64,000 nucleotides of DNA from Negativicutes bacterium (lineage in GTDB: Bacteria > Bacillota > Negativicutes > UBA1444), in assembly GCA_963665275.2 (NCBI GenBank), contig CAXXIN010000015.1, forward strand, positions 57,262 to 121,261, in the 5' to 3' direction. The notes beneath the pieces are model-generated. The model made no database searches. It was not told the origin of the DNA and was given only the letters and a program-made list of their open reading frames with translations. The stretch's first letter is position 1. Every line of letters starts with the position of its first letter. Positions 20,900 through 30,203 of this stretch are shown in pieces. A program made the translations under genes and the position numbers.

Positions 20900-21012
20900 G
20901 TCTTTACTATACAATATTTCATCCGCTTCGTAAACAGAATTTTCGAATGTATACATTATTTTTATGTTCTGACAAATCGTCTATATCTCTATAAAATAAT
21001 ATGTTCAAGGAA

Positions 21013-22038
21013 TTAATATTCTTCGAAGATTCGTTGGATTTCTTTCACATCCTGAGTTTTGCTCAAAGCCAGCATCAACAAGATTCGCGCTTTTTGCGCA
21101 TTATGCATCATGGCAGCTACAAATCCGGCTTGACGCCACTTCGCGGTAAGTGTGCTCAAGCCTGTGCCGACTCTCGACCCTACGACAATCGCCACCCCTT
21201 TTTCACGAGCCTTCACCAGGCTTTCCATCGCATCATCCGGCACATTGGCATGTCCAAGACCCGCATTGACAATCCCTTTCGCACCTGCCAAAACGGCAGC
21301 ATCAATGAATAATCCGTCCGAACCCAGCGTGGTGTAATTCACGTCAACCCGTGGCAGTTCCGTCAAGTTCGCCACGTCAAATTCCGTTTGATAGGTATGT
21401 TTTTTCTGGAGTGAAGAAATAAAAAACGGTTTGGAATTTTGCATATAGCCGAGAAACCCGGTATCAGGACAATGAAAGGTAGCAACGTTGGTTGAATGGG
21501 TTTTTGTCACGCCAAAGGCACTGCTGATTTGGTCGTTCATACAAACCATGACGCCCTTGTCTTTGGCTTCCAGACTTGCCGCCAGAGCCACGGCATTCAC
21601 GAGGTTGAGCGGTCCATCCGCACTTAGTCCGGTTGACGGTCGCATAGAACCGACTAGAACGACCGGTTTGTCAGATTTTACGACGAGATTTAAAAAATAT
21701 GCCGTCTCTTCCAACGTATCAGTACCGTGGGTAATAACAACCCCGTTGATATCCTTCGACGCGAGTAATTCATTGGTCCGTTTCGCTAGTTTCAGCCAGT
21801 CGCCAATGCCAAGTTTGGAACTGGCGATATTAATCACCTGTTCACCGGAAATCTGCGCGAACTGCTCAATTTCCGGTACAGCAGCAATCAAGCTCTGAAT
21901 AGCTACCGGCGATATCCCCGCATTGCTCCCATAATCCGTCAGCGCCAAACTATCGGCGCCTCGGCTGGCAATAGTACCTCCGGTAGCTAAAATCGCAATA
22001 TGCGCCTTATCCTGATTTTCTTTTTGTACCTGGTTCAT
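21013..22038 (-). CDS. Asparaginase/glutaminase (type II-like, no evident signal peptide)
   Basis: ATGGTIA, HGTDTLEETAY, GSMRP...SADGP, KARILLMLAL. Confidence 0.92.
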   Translation of the reverse strand: MNQVQKENQDKAHIAILATGGTIASRGADSLALTDYGSNAGISPVAIQSLIAAVPEIEQFAQISGEQVINIASSKLGIGDWLKLAKRTNELLASKDINGVVITHGTDTLEETAYFLNLVVKSDKPVVLVGSMRPSTGLSADGPLNLVNAVALAASLEAKDKGVMVCMNDQISSAFGVTKTHSTNVATFHCPDTGFLGYMQNSKPFFISSLQKKHTYQTEFDVANLTELPRVDVNYTTLGSDGLFIDAAVLAGAKGIVNAGLGHANVPDDAMESLVKAREKGVAIVVGSRVGTGLSTLTAKWRQAGFVAAMMHNAQKARILLMLALSKTQDVKEIQRIFEEY

Positions 22039-22056
22039 AATGCTCTCCCTTGTAAG

Positions 22057-23346
22057 TTAGATACGAATATAACCGCGACCGTCCTTGATTTCAATTTGGG
22101 TCCCATATTCATTGGAAAGATTGGCCAGTTCAGTTAGAATTCGATTGCCGTCTTCAATCGAGGCCAATTCCGGCCTGCCTTTCACGGATCGCTTCTTCTC
22201 AAAGCCGAGTGTGATCGGAATCAATTCAACGCGCTCAATCTTGCCGTCCTCAACCTGGAATGAAGCCATCACCGATTCAAATACTTTTCGGTTTACCGCC
22301 AGTCCCTTGGTTCCATTTTTGCTGCGGGCATCGAAGGCATCCGAAGGTGTGTGGCTCGCATCCAGACCGTAAATGTCGAAAAACTCGGCAGGTTGCCGTT
22401 CGATTGAATCGTTCTGAATGATAAAATCACCCAAGCTATAGAAAATGGGTTGGTTTTTATAGACCTCGAAACCTCGCAAAATGTGGGGACCGTGCCCCAG
22501 ATAGGCGTGAGCTCCGCTATCAATGCACAAACGGGCAAAGTCGCGGGTGAAATCAGCGGAGATGTCCTTGGTCGCACCTTTAAACTCATGCACGTGATGG
22601 CTGACCAATACAACATCCGCTTGCCGCCCGGCCTCTTTAATAGCTTTCACGATGCGTTCCGCGTCTTTTTGATTATACGTGGTAACCGATCCTTGGTCCC
22701 CGACTTCAAAGCGGATATTGCCAATCGCGAAACCTTCCTCCGGCTTGGCAAAGCCCTCACTTTCCAATTGGAAACGCCGGGCATTGACATCGGTTTTATT
22801 TACGATTTCTTTCAATGTCTCGATATCCTCTTGGGGCAGATAGTGAACCGCATTGAAACGCAGCATGTTGATTCCCGGCCGTCCTATAACATCCGGCCGC
22901 TGCTCGCCGGCAATATGCCAGTCTTTTCCCGTCGAGCTTACGCTAATCAGCGCAACACGCCCCTGTGCGGTTTCCAGATACTTGGGTTGGCTTGCTTCTG
23001 CCATATTATTGCCGATCCCGGCATAAACGCACTCGGCATTATCCAGATGCCGCATAGTGGTGAGCAGGCCTTCATGGCCCCAATCCAGAGCATGGTTGGT
23101 GGCGCAGGCATACAAATTGAAGCCGATCCAATTCAAATCCTGAACGATCTGTGGCCGGGCAGCGACCCACGTTCCTCCGCTGACCGCAGCCGGAGATACT
23201 TCAAAATCATGAACCAACAATTCGAAATTGGTAAATCGGACATCCGCTGTTTCCAACAAAGCCTTGAGTTTCAGACAAGGCTCGGCAGTGCGCGGCAACC
23301 GTTGGGCCAGCAAGGAGTCTCCTGTTGCAATAATCGAAATGGTCAT
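22057..23346 (-). CDS. CapA/PGA_cap-family metallophosphoesterase-fold protein (MslH-like candidate peptide epimerase)
   Basis: TGD, NFE, ATNHALD, SHHVHE, GHGPH, FYSLGDF motifs; no TM anchor; no capB/capC nearby. Confidence 0.82.
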   Translation of the reverse strand: MTISIIATGDSLLAQRLPRTAEPCLKLKALLETADVRFTNFELLVHDFEVSPAAVSGGTWVAARPQIVQDLNWIGFNLYACATNHALDWGHEGLLTTMRHLDNAECVYAGIGNNMAEASQPKYLETAQGRVALISVSSTGKDWHIAGEQRPDVIGRPGINMLRFNAVHYLPQEDIETLKEIVNKTDVNARRFQLESEGFAKPEEGFAIGNIRFEVGDQGSVTTYNQKDAERIVKAIKEAGRQADVVLVSHHVHEFKGATKDISADFTRDFARLCIDSGAHAYLGHGPHILRGFEVYKNQPIFYSLGDFIIQNDSIERQPAEFFDIYGLDASHTPSDAFDARSKNGTKGLAVNRKVFESVMASFQVEDGKIERVELIPITLGFEKKRSVKGRPELASIEDGNRILTELANLSNEYGTQIEIKDGRGYIRI

Positions 23347-23351
23347 GAACT

Positions 23352-24977
23352 CTATTCCGTCCTTCCCAGAACTCTGCCTTGATATACTTTTTGGTGGCAG
23401 CCTTTGTCGATGGCCACTTGCCCGTTCACAATGACGGTTTCAATCCCTGTGGAGTATTGTTTTGGCTCGGTATAGGTCGCCTGGTCCTGCACCGAATCCG
23501 GATTGAAGATGACAATATCCGCGTAATATCCCTGCCGGATCAGACCGCGTCCGCCCAAGCCGAGGCGCCGCGCAGGACGGTCTGTCATCTTTTGGATGGC
23601 GTCTTCGAGTGAAAGCGCTTTCAATTCCCTTACATAGCGTGCCAATAGGCGGGTTGGCGTGCCAAAAGCCCGCGGATGGGGCTTGCCGTAGGAAAGGATG
23701 CCTTCCGCTGACAAACTCATGGCATCCGAGCCGATCATCGCCTGCGGTTGCTGCAGGAACGTGATTACATCCTCTTCCTTCATGGCGTAATAGTTCATCT
23801 GCACCCGGCCGTTTTCCGCAATCAACAGGTCAAACGCCGCATCATAGGGATCTTTTCCCTGCAACTCAGCGATTTCCGTAATGAATTTCCCTTCCAGAAC
23901 CTTATTTTCTTCACTGCGAACCGAAGACACAAAGAATTTCCCCCAGCCGCCCGCTGATTTGACGAAGTTTTGCCATCCCGGCAAACCTTCGTTGATTTCC
24001 TGCCGCAGCCGAGTTCGAATTGAGGAATCGCCAAGCCGCCCGATCATCTTGTCCACGCCGCCTTCGAATATCCATGGCGGCATGCAGGCGGAAAGCGAAG
24101 TCAGGCCGGCAGTGTAGGGGTATACGTCATAGGACACTTCGATTCCCGAGCGTTCCGCTCTCGCCAGTCGCTCCAGCACCAAATCGGTCTTACCCAGCAT
24201 ATTCTGGCTCAACAGTTTCATATGCGAGATATGCACCGGCACGCCACCGGCTTCGCCAATCTGCAGCGCCTCCTCGATCGCATCCATGATCCCGTCGCTC
24301 TCTGTGCGCATGTGCGTGCAGTAAATCCCTTTATACGGTGCGATGGTCTTGCAAAGTTCGCCAATCTCCTCCATGGAAGAATATTCACCCGGCAGGTAGA
24401 CCAGGCCGGAACTAAGTCCCAAAGCGCCTTCCGACATCGACGCATCGACGAGGCGTTGCATCTCTTTCAATTCCACCGCATTGGGGTTTCCTTTGGCAAA
24501 CCCCATCACAGCAATCCTCACCACGCCCTGCCCTACCAGCGGTGCGATATTCAACGCCGGAGGGGTATTTTTAACATGTTGCAAATACTCATCGAAGCTC
24601 GCCCACGGGAGTTCAATCTTGACCGGGATCGATCCAATCAGGCGGGTGCCTAGATAGTCAATCAGAAGCTCCCTGTTCTCCTCTTTGATCGGCGCTGGAC
24701 CGATGCCGCAGTTGCCTACAACTTCGGTGGTCACACCGCTATATATCTTGCTGTTGGCATTCCGGTCATACACAACGGACAGGTCTGAATGGGTATGCAT
24801 ATCAATAAAACCAGGCGCCACAACATTGCCGTGGGCATCGATCGTTGCACCGCTTTCGCAGTCAGTCAGATTGCCGATTGCTGCGATCCTGTCCCCCACT
24901 ATCCCAACATCGCCGTGATAAGCGATTTTCCCGCTGCCATCGACGATACGGCCGTTAATAATCTTGAGATCAAACAT
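23352..24977 (-). CDS. N-acyl-D-amino-acid deacylase (D-aminoacylase)
   Basis: PGFIDMHTHSD, GVTTEVVGNCG, THMR, HISH, DVYPY, GSD, PHPRAFG. Confidence 0.92.
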   Translation of the reverse strand: MFDLKIINGRIVDGSGKIAYHGDVGIVGDRIAAIGNLTDCESGATIDAHGNVVAPGFIDMHTHSDLSVVYDRNANSKIYSGVTTEVVGNCGIGPAPIKEENRELLIDYLGTRLIGSIPVKIELPWASFDEYLQHVKNTPPALNIAPLVGQGVVRIAVMGFAKGNPNAVELKEMQRLVDASMSEGALGLSSGLVYLPGEYSSMEEIGELCKTIAPYKGIYCTHMRTESDGIMDAIEEALQIGEAGGVPVHISHMKLLSQNMLGKTDLVLERLARAERSGIEVSYDVYPYTAGLTSLSACMPPWIFEGGVDKMIGRLGDSSIRTRLRQEINEGLPGWQNFVKSAGGWGKFFVSSVRSEENKVLEGKFITEIAELQGKDPYDAAFDLLIAENGRVQMNYYAMKEEDVITFLQQPQAMIGSDAMSLSAEGILSYGKPHPRAFGTPTRLLARYVRELKALSLEDAIQKMTDRPARRLGLGGRGLIRQGYYADIVIFNPDSVQDQATYTEPKQYSTGIETVIVNGQVAIDKGCHQKVYQGRVLGRTE

Positions 24978-25100
24978 TATCCTGCACTTCCCTTCCTTGA
25001 ATACCTGCGAATGGCTAAAAACGACCCCTAATGAAAATGCCAAATCCGGCGCAGATGGGATTCCACGCCGGATGCAGCTTCGTCAATCTTGAGATCCGAT

Positions 25101-26213
25101 CTACTTGATGACTTCCCTGCCGACCATCATCCGTTCCAGTGCTTTTTCATCCACTGCGTAACTGACGCCGTTCGTCTCATCAGGCACGATGAGCGTGCAC
25201 CGATCGGTAATATTGACATGAGGAGTCGTGATATCGTCTTTGAAATAGCGGTTGCTGGCAGCGATATCATGGGCCAGGAGAGTGAAGTTCGGCAGACTGG
25301 CGAACGAGATGTTCTGTACGCGCCCGATGCCGAGTTCCGTCATGCCGCCGACCCATATGGGGATGTTGTGCTGCATGCAGAGATCGTGAATCCTGACAGA
25401 CTCGCACAAACCGCCGCAGCGGCTGGATTTGATGTTGATGATTTTGCAGCTGCCCATCGCGATGGCATGCCGCGCCGTGTCATATGAAACGATGCTTTCA
25501 TCGAGGCAGACCGGTGTCTTGATGGCTTTCTGCAACACGGCATGGTCGATGATGTCGTCTTCGGCCAGCGGCTGCTCGATGTATTGCAGGTTCAGATCAT
25601 CCATGGCCCGGAACAGGTCGATGTCCGCCAGCGTGTAATCCGAGTTGGCATCCACGGTCAGCGTGATATCCGGATAATGGCGGCGGATTTCCCGCAGCAC
25701 TTCGATATCCCAGCCTGGCTTGATCTTAATCTTGGTCCGGTGATAGCCTTCCGCCAGATACTTTTCGATCTTTCCGAGCAGGGAAGCTACTGTCGGTTCA
25801 ATGCCGAGACTCACACCGACCTTGACCTCGGATTGCGTCCCCCCGAGCAGGGTCTTCAGCGACTTGCCCTCCCGCTGGGAATGCAGTTCCCAGAGCGCGT
25901 TCTCCACGGCGGCGATGGCGAGACGGTTGCCACGGATAAAGGTCATTTTGCGCATAAAGTCGTATGGGTCCTGAATCTCTTGGTGCAAAATCACCGGCGC
26001 GATGATGTTCTTGATGATGTGGAAGCAGGTGCCGTTGTCTTCAGGATTATACAGCGGTCCATAAAACGCTTTACATTCGCCATAGCCAGTAAGCCCCTCT
26101 GAATAAACCTTGATGATCAGGGCATCCCGTTCGACAAATCGGGTGAAACTGGTTTCAAAGGGGTGGAGGAACGGGTTTTTCACATGAATAATATCAATTC
26201 GGTCAATTTTCAT
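25101..26213 (-). CDS. Enolase-superfamily OSBS/N-acylamino-acid racemase (NSAR/NAAAR-like)
   Basis: PFETSF, KIKIKPG, DANS, EQPL, LDES, NIK, GGMTE, DIAASNRYF; no men genes in the window. Confidence 0.85.
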   Translation of the reverse strand: MKIDRIDIIHVKNPFLHPFETSFTRFVERDALIIKVYSEGLTGYGECKAFYGPLYNPEDNGTCFHIIKNIIAPVILHQEIQDPYDFMRKMTFIRGNRLAIAAVENALWELHSQREGKSLKTLLGGTQSEVKVGVSLGIEPTVASLLGKIEKYLAEGYHRTKIKIKPGWDIEVLREIRRHYPDITLTVDANSDYTLADIDLFRAMDDLNLQYIEQPLAEDDIIDHAVLQKAIKTPVCLDESIVSYDTARHAIAMGSCKIINIKSSRCGGLCESVRIHDLCMQHNIPIWVGGMTELGIGRVQNISFASLPNFTLLAHDIAASNRYFKDDITTPHVNITDRCTLIVPDETNGVSYAVDEKALERMMVGREVIK

Positions 26214-26246
26214 TACTCACAACTTCCTTCCTGTAATACCACGATA

Positions 26247-26906
26247 TTATTTTTTGCCGGTCAAATAAACTACCCGCGCCATCGCAATTCCGCCAGCGAT
26301 TACGGCGATGGAGAGCATCGATCCCGGCAGTCCGATCTTAGGCGCGAAATAAGTAATCGCCAATCCCAGGATAATAGTCAGGATACCGATTTTAAGATGT
26401 CTGCGGGATAGTTCGGCGTAAACGGCGCCAAATACCGCCGGCAGGATGAAGCCGAACGCTTTGGTTACAAATTTCGGCACCATCGGCATGATCGCCGCTC
26501 CGATAAACGTGAACAGCGTTAGAATCGCCACCGACACGAATACCGACCCGGCAATCCCGATGGTCGCCATCACATCTCCTTCAGGTGAACCCGGCTCAGC
26601 TCCGGCGACTCTCTGCGCCATTGTGGCGGCCGGCACACGGATATCGGCAACATTGCCGCACAACCAGCTGATATACGATCCGCCGATTCCCAGCATCGGG
26701 TAAAAGGATAACGGTTGTACGAGCCAGCTGACGCCGAAAGCGCTCAGCGCCACCGCGTAAATCTGCACCAGATCGGTGAATTGCGGCATGACGCCTACGA
26801 CTCCTGCGAGATAAAGGGCCGGAACAAAATTGGCGATCAAACCTGCGACCAGAGTAAACATTCCGATGCGGGCAGACTGGGCCTGAAAATCATAATTGCC
26901 TTCCAT
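26247..26906 (-). CDS. Membrane protein partnering DUF5058 (copy 2)
   Basis: Identical to copy 1 except near the C-terminus. Confidence 0.75.
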   Translation of the reverse strand: MEGNYDFQAQSARIGMFTLVAGLIANFVPALYLAGVVGVMPQFTDLVQIYAVALSAFGVSWLVQPLSFYPMLGIGGSYISWLCGNVADIRVPAATMAQRVAGAEPGSPEGDVMATIGIAGSVFVSVAILTLFTFIGAAIMPMVPKFVTKAFGFILPAVFGAVYAELSRRHLKIGILTIILGLAITYFAPKIGLPGSMLSIAVIAGGIAMARVVYLTGKK

Positions 26907-26932
26907 ATCGATCCTCCTCTATCAATTTCTTT

Positions 26933-27628
26933 CTAGAAAAAATAGGCCGCGGTAAACATACCGATCAACATGGCGATCCCCAGAGCCGGTTCCTGCAGCC
27001 GGGGGTAATTGCCGGCATACTTTGAAATCAGATACATGGAAACAAAAGCCACGATTCCGGCCACAAACTGTCCGCCGCCCTTAATCAGGGCAGGACTCCA
27101 CAGGGAAGCAAACAGGCCGATCGCAGCGCCCGTCATGATGAGCTTCACCCACGCGGGATTATATTTTTGATTCATTTTCTTGATGGCGGAGTTCATGCGC
27201 TTGACGAAGATCAGCGCCACCAGCATCCAGCCGGCATTGTTCATCGCCATGCCCCAGATCGCATAGCTGAAAGCCTTGAGATCAAAAGCAGCGGATCGCA
27301 TTTCAACACCGTACACTTTCGTGGCCAGCGCCGACATGGCCAGCTCGGTCCGGGCAGCGCCGATGTCGTTCATCCGCATCCAAGTTGTAGGACCACCAAG
27401 CACTGCCAGCAGCGCCAGCAGGATGACTACTGGAGCCAGAGATGGCCCGATCGCGGTGATCATGGCAGCGCGCATCCCCTTGATGCACTCGCTGCGGGGC
27501 ATTCCCAGTTTGTTGGCCGCCCTGAATCCTTCCCGCATAAACAGGGCGCTCTGGACCAAAACCACAAGCACCATGAAACTGGAAGCAATCCACATCCCTG
27601 GACTGTTCATTACCGATTGCAGATTCAT
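26933..27628 (-). CDS. DUF5058-family membrane protein (copy 2)
   Basis: 231 aa; differs from copy 1 only at three N-terminal residues. Confidence 0.75.
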   Translation of the reverse strand: MNLQSVMNSPGMWIASSFMVLVVLVQSALFMREGFRAANKLGMPRSECIKGMRAAMITAIGPSLAPVVILLALLAVLGGPTTWMRMNDIGAARTELAMSALATKVYGVEMRSAAFDLKAFSYAIWGMAMNNAGWMLVALIFVKRMNSAIKKMNQKYNPAWVKLIMTGAAIGLFASLWSPALIKGGGQFVAGIVAFVSMYLISKYAGNYPRLQEPALGIAMLIGMFTAAYFF

Positions 27629-27648
27629 AGTTACCCTCCTCCATTATT

Positions 27649-29280
27649 TTATTGTGCTTTGTGTGTAAGCACTCTACCACCGAAAACTTTCTGGTGAATT
27701 CCATTAGCCAACACAATATTTCCATTCACGACAACATAGTCAAACCCACTCGAATAGTGCTTGGGATCGCTGTACACGGAATTGTCCCGTACCCTATCCG
27801 GGTCGAACACGACTACGTCGGCATAGTACCCTTCCTGAAGCAGCCCTCGTTTGGGCAGCCCCAAACGCCATGCAGGCATATAGGCCATTTTCTTCACAGC
27901 TTCTTCCAAACTCAGGACTTTTTTCTCTCTCACATACCGCCCCAGCACCCTTGCTCTGGTGCCGAACGCGCGAGGATGGGGCATACCGAACGACATGACT
28001 CCCTCAGTCGATACGCTCATCCCGTCAGAGCCGACCATTGCCATGGGATGCGTCAGAATATTGACCAAATCTTCTTCCGACATAAGCAGAAGCACGATCA
28101 AAACTTTTCCTTTTTCGGCGATCAACAGGTCGAAAACTGCCGTGTACGGATCTTTCCCCTGCATGTCGGCGATTTGTTGAATGGTTTTCCCTTCCAGACA
28201 CTTATTCGCTTGGCTGTTGACAGTGGTGATCGTTATATTTTCCCAACCGCCTGCCGCTTTAAACAAGTTCTGCCAGCCAGTTATTCCATTCTCGACATCA
28301 ACGACGATTTTTGCCCGGATTTCGGCATCAGCAAGGCGGGTCAATAGTTTTTCGACCCCTCCTTCAAAAGCCCACGGCGGCATGCACGCAGTCAAGCCGG
28401 TCATCCCGGATGTATACGGATAGACATCAAACGTTGTTTCAACCCCGGCTTGATTGGCTGCGTCAATTCGCGCCAGCAGCTCCGGCGAGCGCCCCCAGAC
28501 CGACTCCCCCGCCACCTTTAAATGGGAAATGTGGACAGGAACTCCCGCTTCTTCGCCAATGGTCAGGGCCTCCTCCAAGGCGTCGAATACGCCTTCGCTT
28601 TCATTCCTGATGTGGGTCACGTAAAACCCTTGATACGGTTTCATTTCTTTTGATAGTTCCGCCAGTTCATTCGTAGAGGAAAACTCCCCCGGCATATAAA
28701 TCAGACCGGAGCTAAGCCCGACAGCCCCTTCCGCCATACCGGCTTTAACCAGCGCTTTCATTTCAGCCATTTGCGTGTCCGAGGGCGTGTCCTTGCCAAA
28801 ACCCATGACCGCAATTCGCACTGGCCCCTGGGCAAGCAACGCGACCACATTTAATGCCGGAGGGTGTCCCCTGACATAATCCAGATACTCTGCCATCGAT
28901 GACCAATGAAGTTCGATAGTGACAGGGAGGTTGCCGATCATCCGGGTTCCCAAATAATCGATCAGCAGCTGGCGGTTCGCCTCCGAAACCGGCGCTACGC
29001 CAATCCCGCAATTCCCCACCACTTCGGTAGTCACTCCGTCGAAGATCTTGCTGTTTGTATGCGGATCAAATAGCACCGCCAGGTCTGAATGCGTATGCAT
29101 GTCAATAAAGCCCGGTGAAACGATTTTTCCAGTTGCATCGATTGTTTGGCGACTGGTTGCGTCAGCCAAATCGCCAATGGCAACAATCCGGTCGCCAACA
29201 ATTCCCACATCCGACGAAAATGCCGGATTCCCGGAGCCATCCACAATCAACCCGTTGACAATTTTGATATCGAATGTCAC
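27649..29280 (-). CDS. N-acyl-D-amino-acid deacylase, second paralog
   Basis: GTG 29280 after GGAGG; PGFIDMHTHSD, GNCG, THIR, HISH, DVYPY, GSD, PHPRAFG. Confidence 0.92.
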   Translation of the reverse strand: MTFDIKIVNGLIVDGSGNPAFSSDVGIVGDRIVAIGDLADATSRQTIDATGKIVSPGFIDMHTHSDLAVLFDPHTNSKIFDGVTTEVVGNCGIGVAPVSEANRQLLIDYLGTRMIGNLPVTIELHWSSMAEYLDYVRGHPPALNVVALLAQGPVRIAVMGFGKDTPSDTQMAEMKALVKAGMAEGAVGLSSGLIYMPGEFSSTNELAELSKEMKPYQGFYVTHIRNESEGVFDALEEALTIGEEAGVPVHISHLKVAGESVWGRSPELLARIDAANQAGVETTFDVYPYTSGMTGLTACMPPWAFEGGVEKLLTRLADAEIRAKIVVDVENGITGWQNLFKAAGGWENITITTVNSQANKCLEGKTIQQIADMQGKDPYTAVFDLLIAEKGKVLIVLLLMSEEDLVNILTHPMAMVGSDGMSVSTEGVMSFGMPHPRAFGTRARVLGRYVREKKVLSLEEAVKKMAYMPAWRLGLPKRGLLQEGYYADVVVFDPDRVRDNSVYSDPKHYSSGFDYVVVNGNIVLANGIHQKVFGGRVLTHKAQ

Positions 29281-29309
29281 TCGATTCACCTCCGTCCCAC
29301 TAATTTTCC

Positions 29310-30185
29310 TTATCGGTAGCAAACGTCCTGGATTCGTTCTTCATAAAGTTCCATAATTTTTTTCGTCACCGAGCCCACTTTGCCGTTGCCAACTGGTTTT
29401 CCATCGATTTTGACCAGGGGAATCACGGCCAGTGAATTCGTGATCAGGGCTTCGTCGGCGCCAAGATAAAAATCCAGCGGCACAAAATCTTCAACAACCG
29501 AAATGCCGCTTTGTTTCGCAAGCTCGATCACAGTTGCCCGGGTGATGCCCGGTAAAATATACTTCCCATTGGGAGAAGTATATAAAACTCCGTCTTTGAC
29601 GGCAAAACAGTTGCTGTGCGCACATTCAGTGACAACATCCTTGCCCTTAATTTCCCGAATCAAAAGACTTTCATAGCATCCTGCCGCCACTGCTGCATTT
29701 TTGGCCAGTACACTGCCCAACAGGTTCAACGATTTCACATGACACAACAGATGACGATCATCCGAGTGAGAAATCGCAGTCGCGCCGACCGTAAAATATT
29801 CTTGCGGGTAGGGTTTCAAGGGCGAGATTGTCCCCGAGAATAGAGACCGAATATCCGGAGCGCTGGCATGTGCTCGGGGCGAGGAATACCCCCGCGTATA
29901 CTGGACATAGATGAGTGCATCCTGCAAACCCGATTCTTTCGTCATGTTACCGATGATTTCCGTCATTTCTTCATGGGAAAAGCTCGGTTTGATACCGACC
30001 AGATTGCAACTTCGCTGCAATCGATTCAAATGATCGTCCATCAAGAAATGGCGCCCATTCAATAAACACCATGCATCGTATACTCCATCGCCGAATTGAT
30101 AACCACGATCTTCGAGCTTCGCCACCGGTTGGTCGATATCGACCAGTTTTCCGTCAAACATTCCGACTGCCCGCACGTTTTTCAC
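29310..30185 (-). CDS. dat: D-amino-acid aminotransferase (PLP fold IV)
   Basis: EDRGYQFGDGVY, R.H, VKSLNLL (PLP Lys), ILPGITR. Confidence 0.8.
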   Translation of the reverse strand: MKNVRAVGMFDGKLVDIDQPVAKLEDRGYQFGDGVYDAWCLLNGRHFLMDDHLNRLQRSCNLVGIKPSFSHEEMTEIIGNMTKESGLQDALIYVQYTRGYSSPRAHASAPDIRSLFSGTISPLKPYPQEYFTVGATAISHSDDRHLLCHVKSLNLLGSVLAKNAAVAAGCYESLLIREIKGKDVVTECAHSNCFAVKDGVLYTSPNGKYILPGITRATVIELAKQSGISVVEDFVPLDFYLGADEALITNSLAVIPLVKIDGKPVGNGKVGSVTKKIMELYEERIQDVCYR

Positions 30186-30203
30186 CTCATTCTTTGATTT
30201 TTT

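Noticed and set aside
22057-23346. Poly-gamma-glutamate capsule synthesis locus
   Set aside because: No capB/capC/capD, no membrane anchor, catabolic context
25101-26213. menC of menaquinone biosynthesis
   Set aside because: No other men genes; neighbours point to racemase function, though bifunctionality is not excluded
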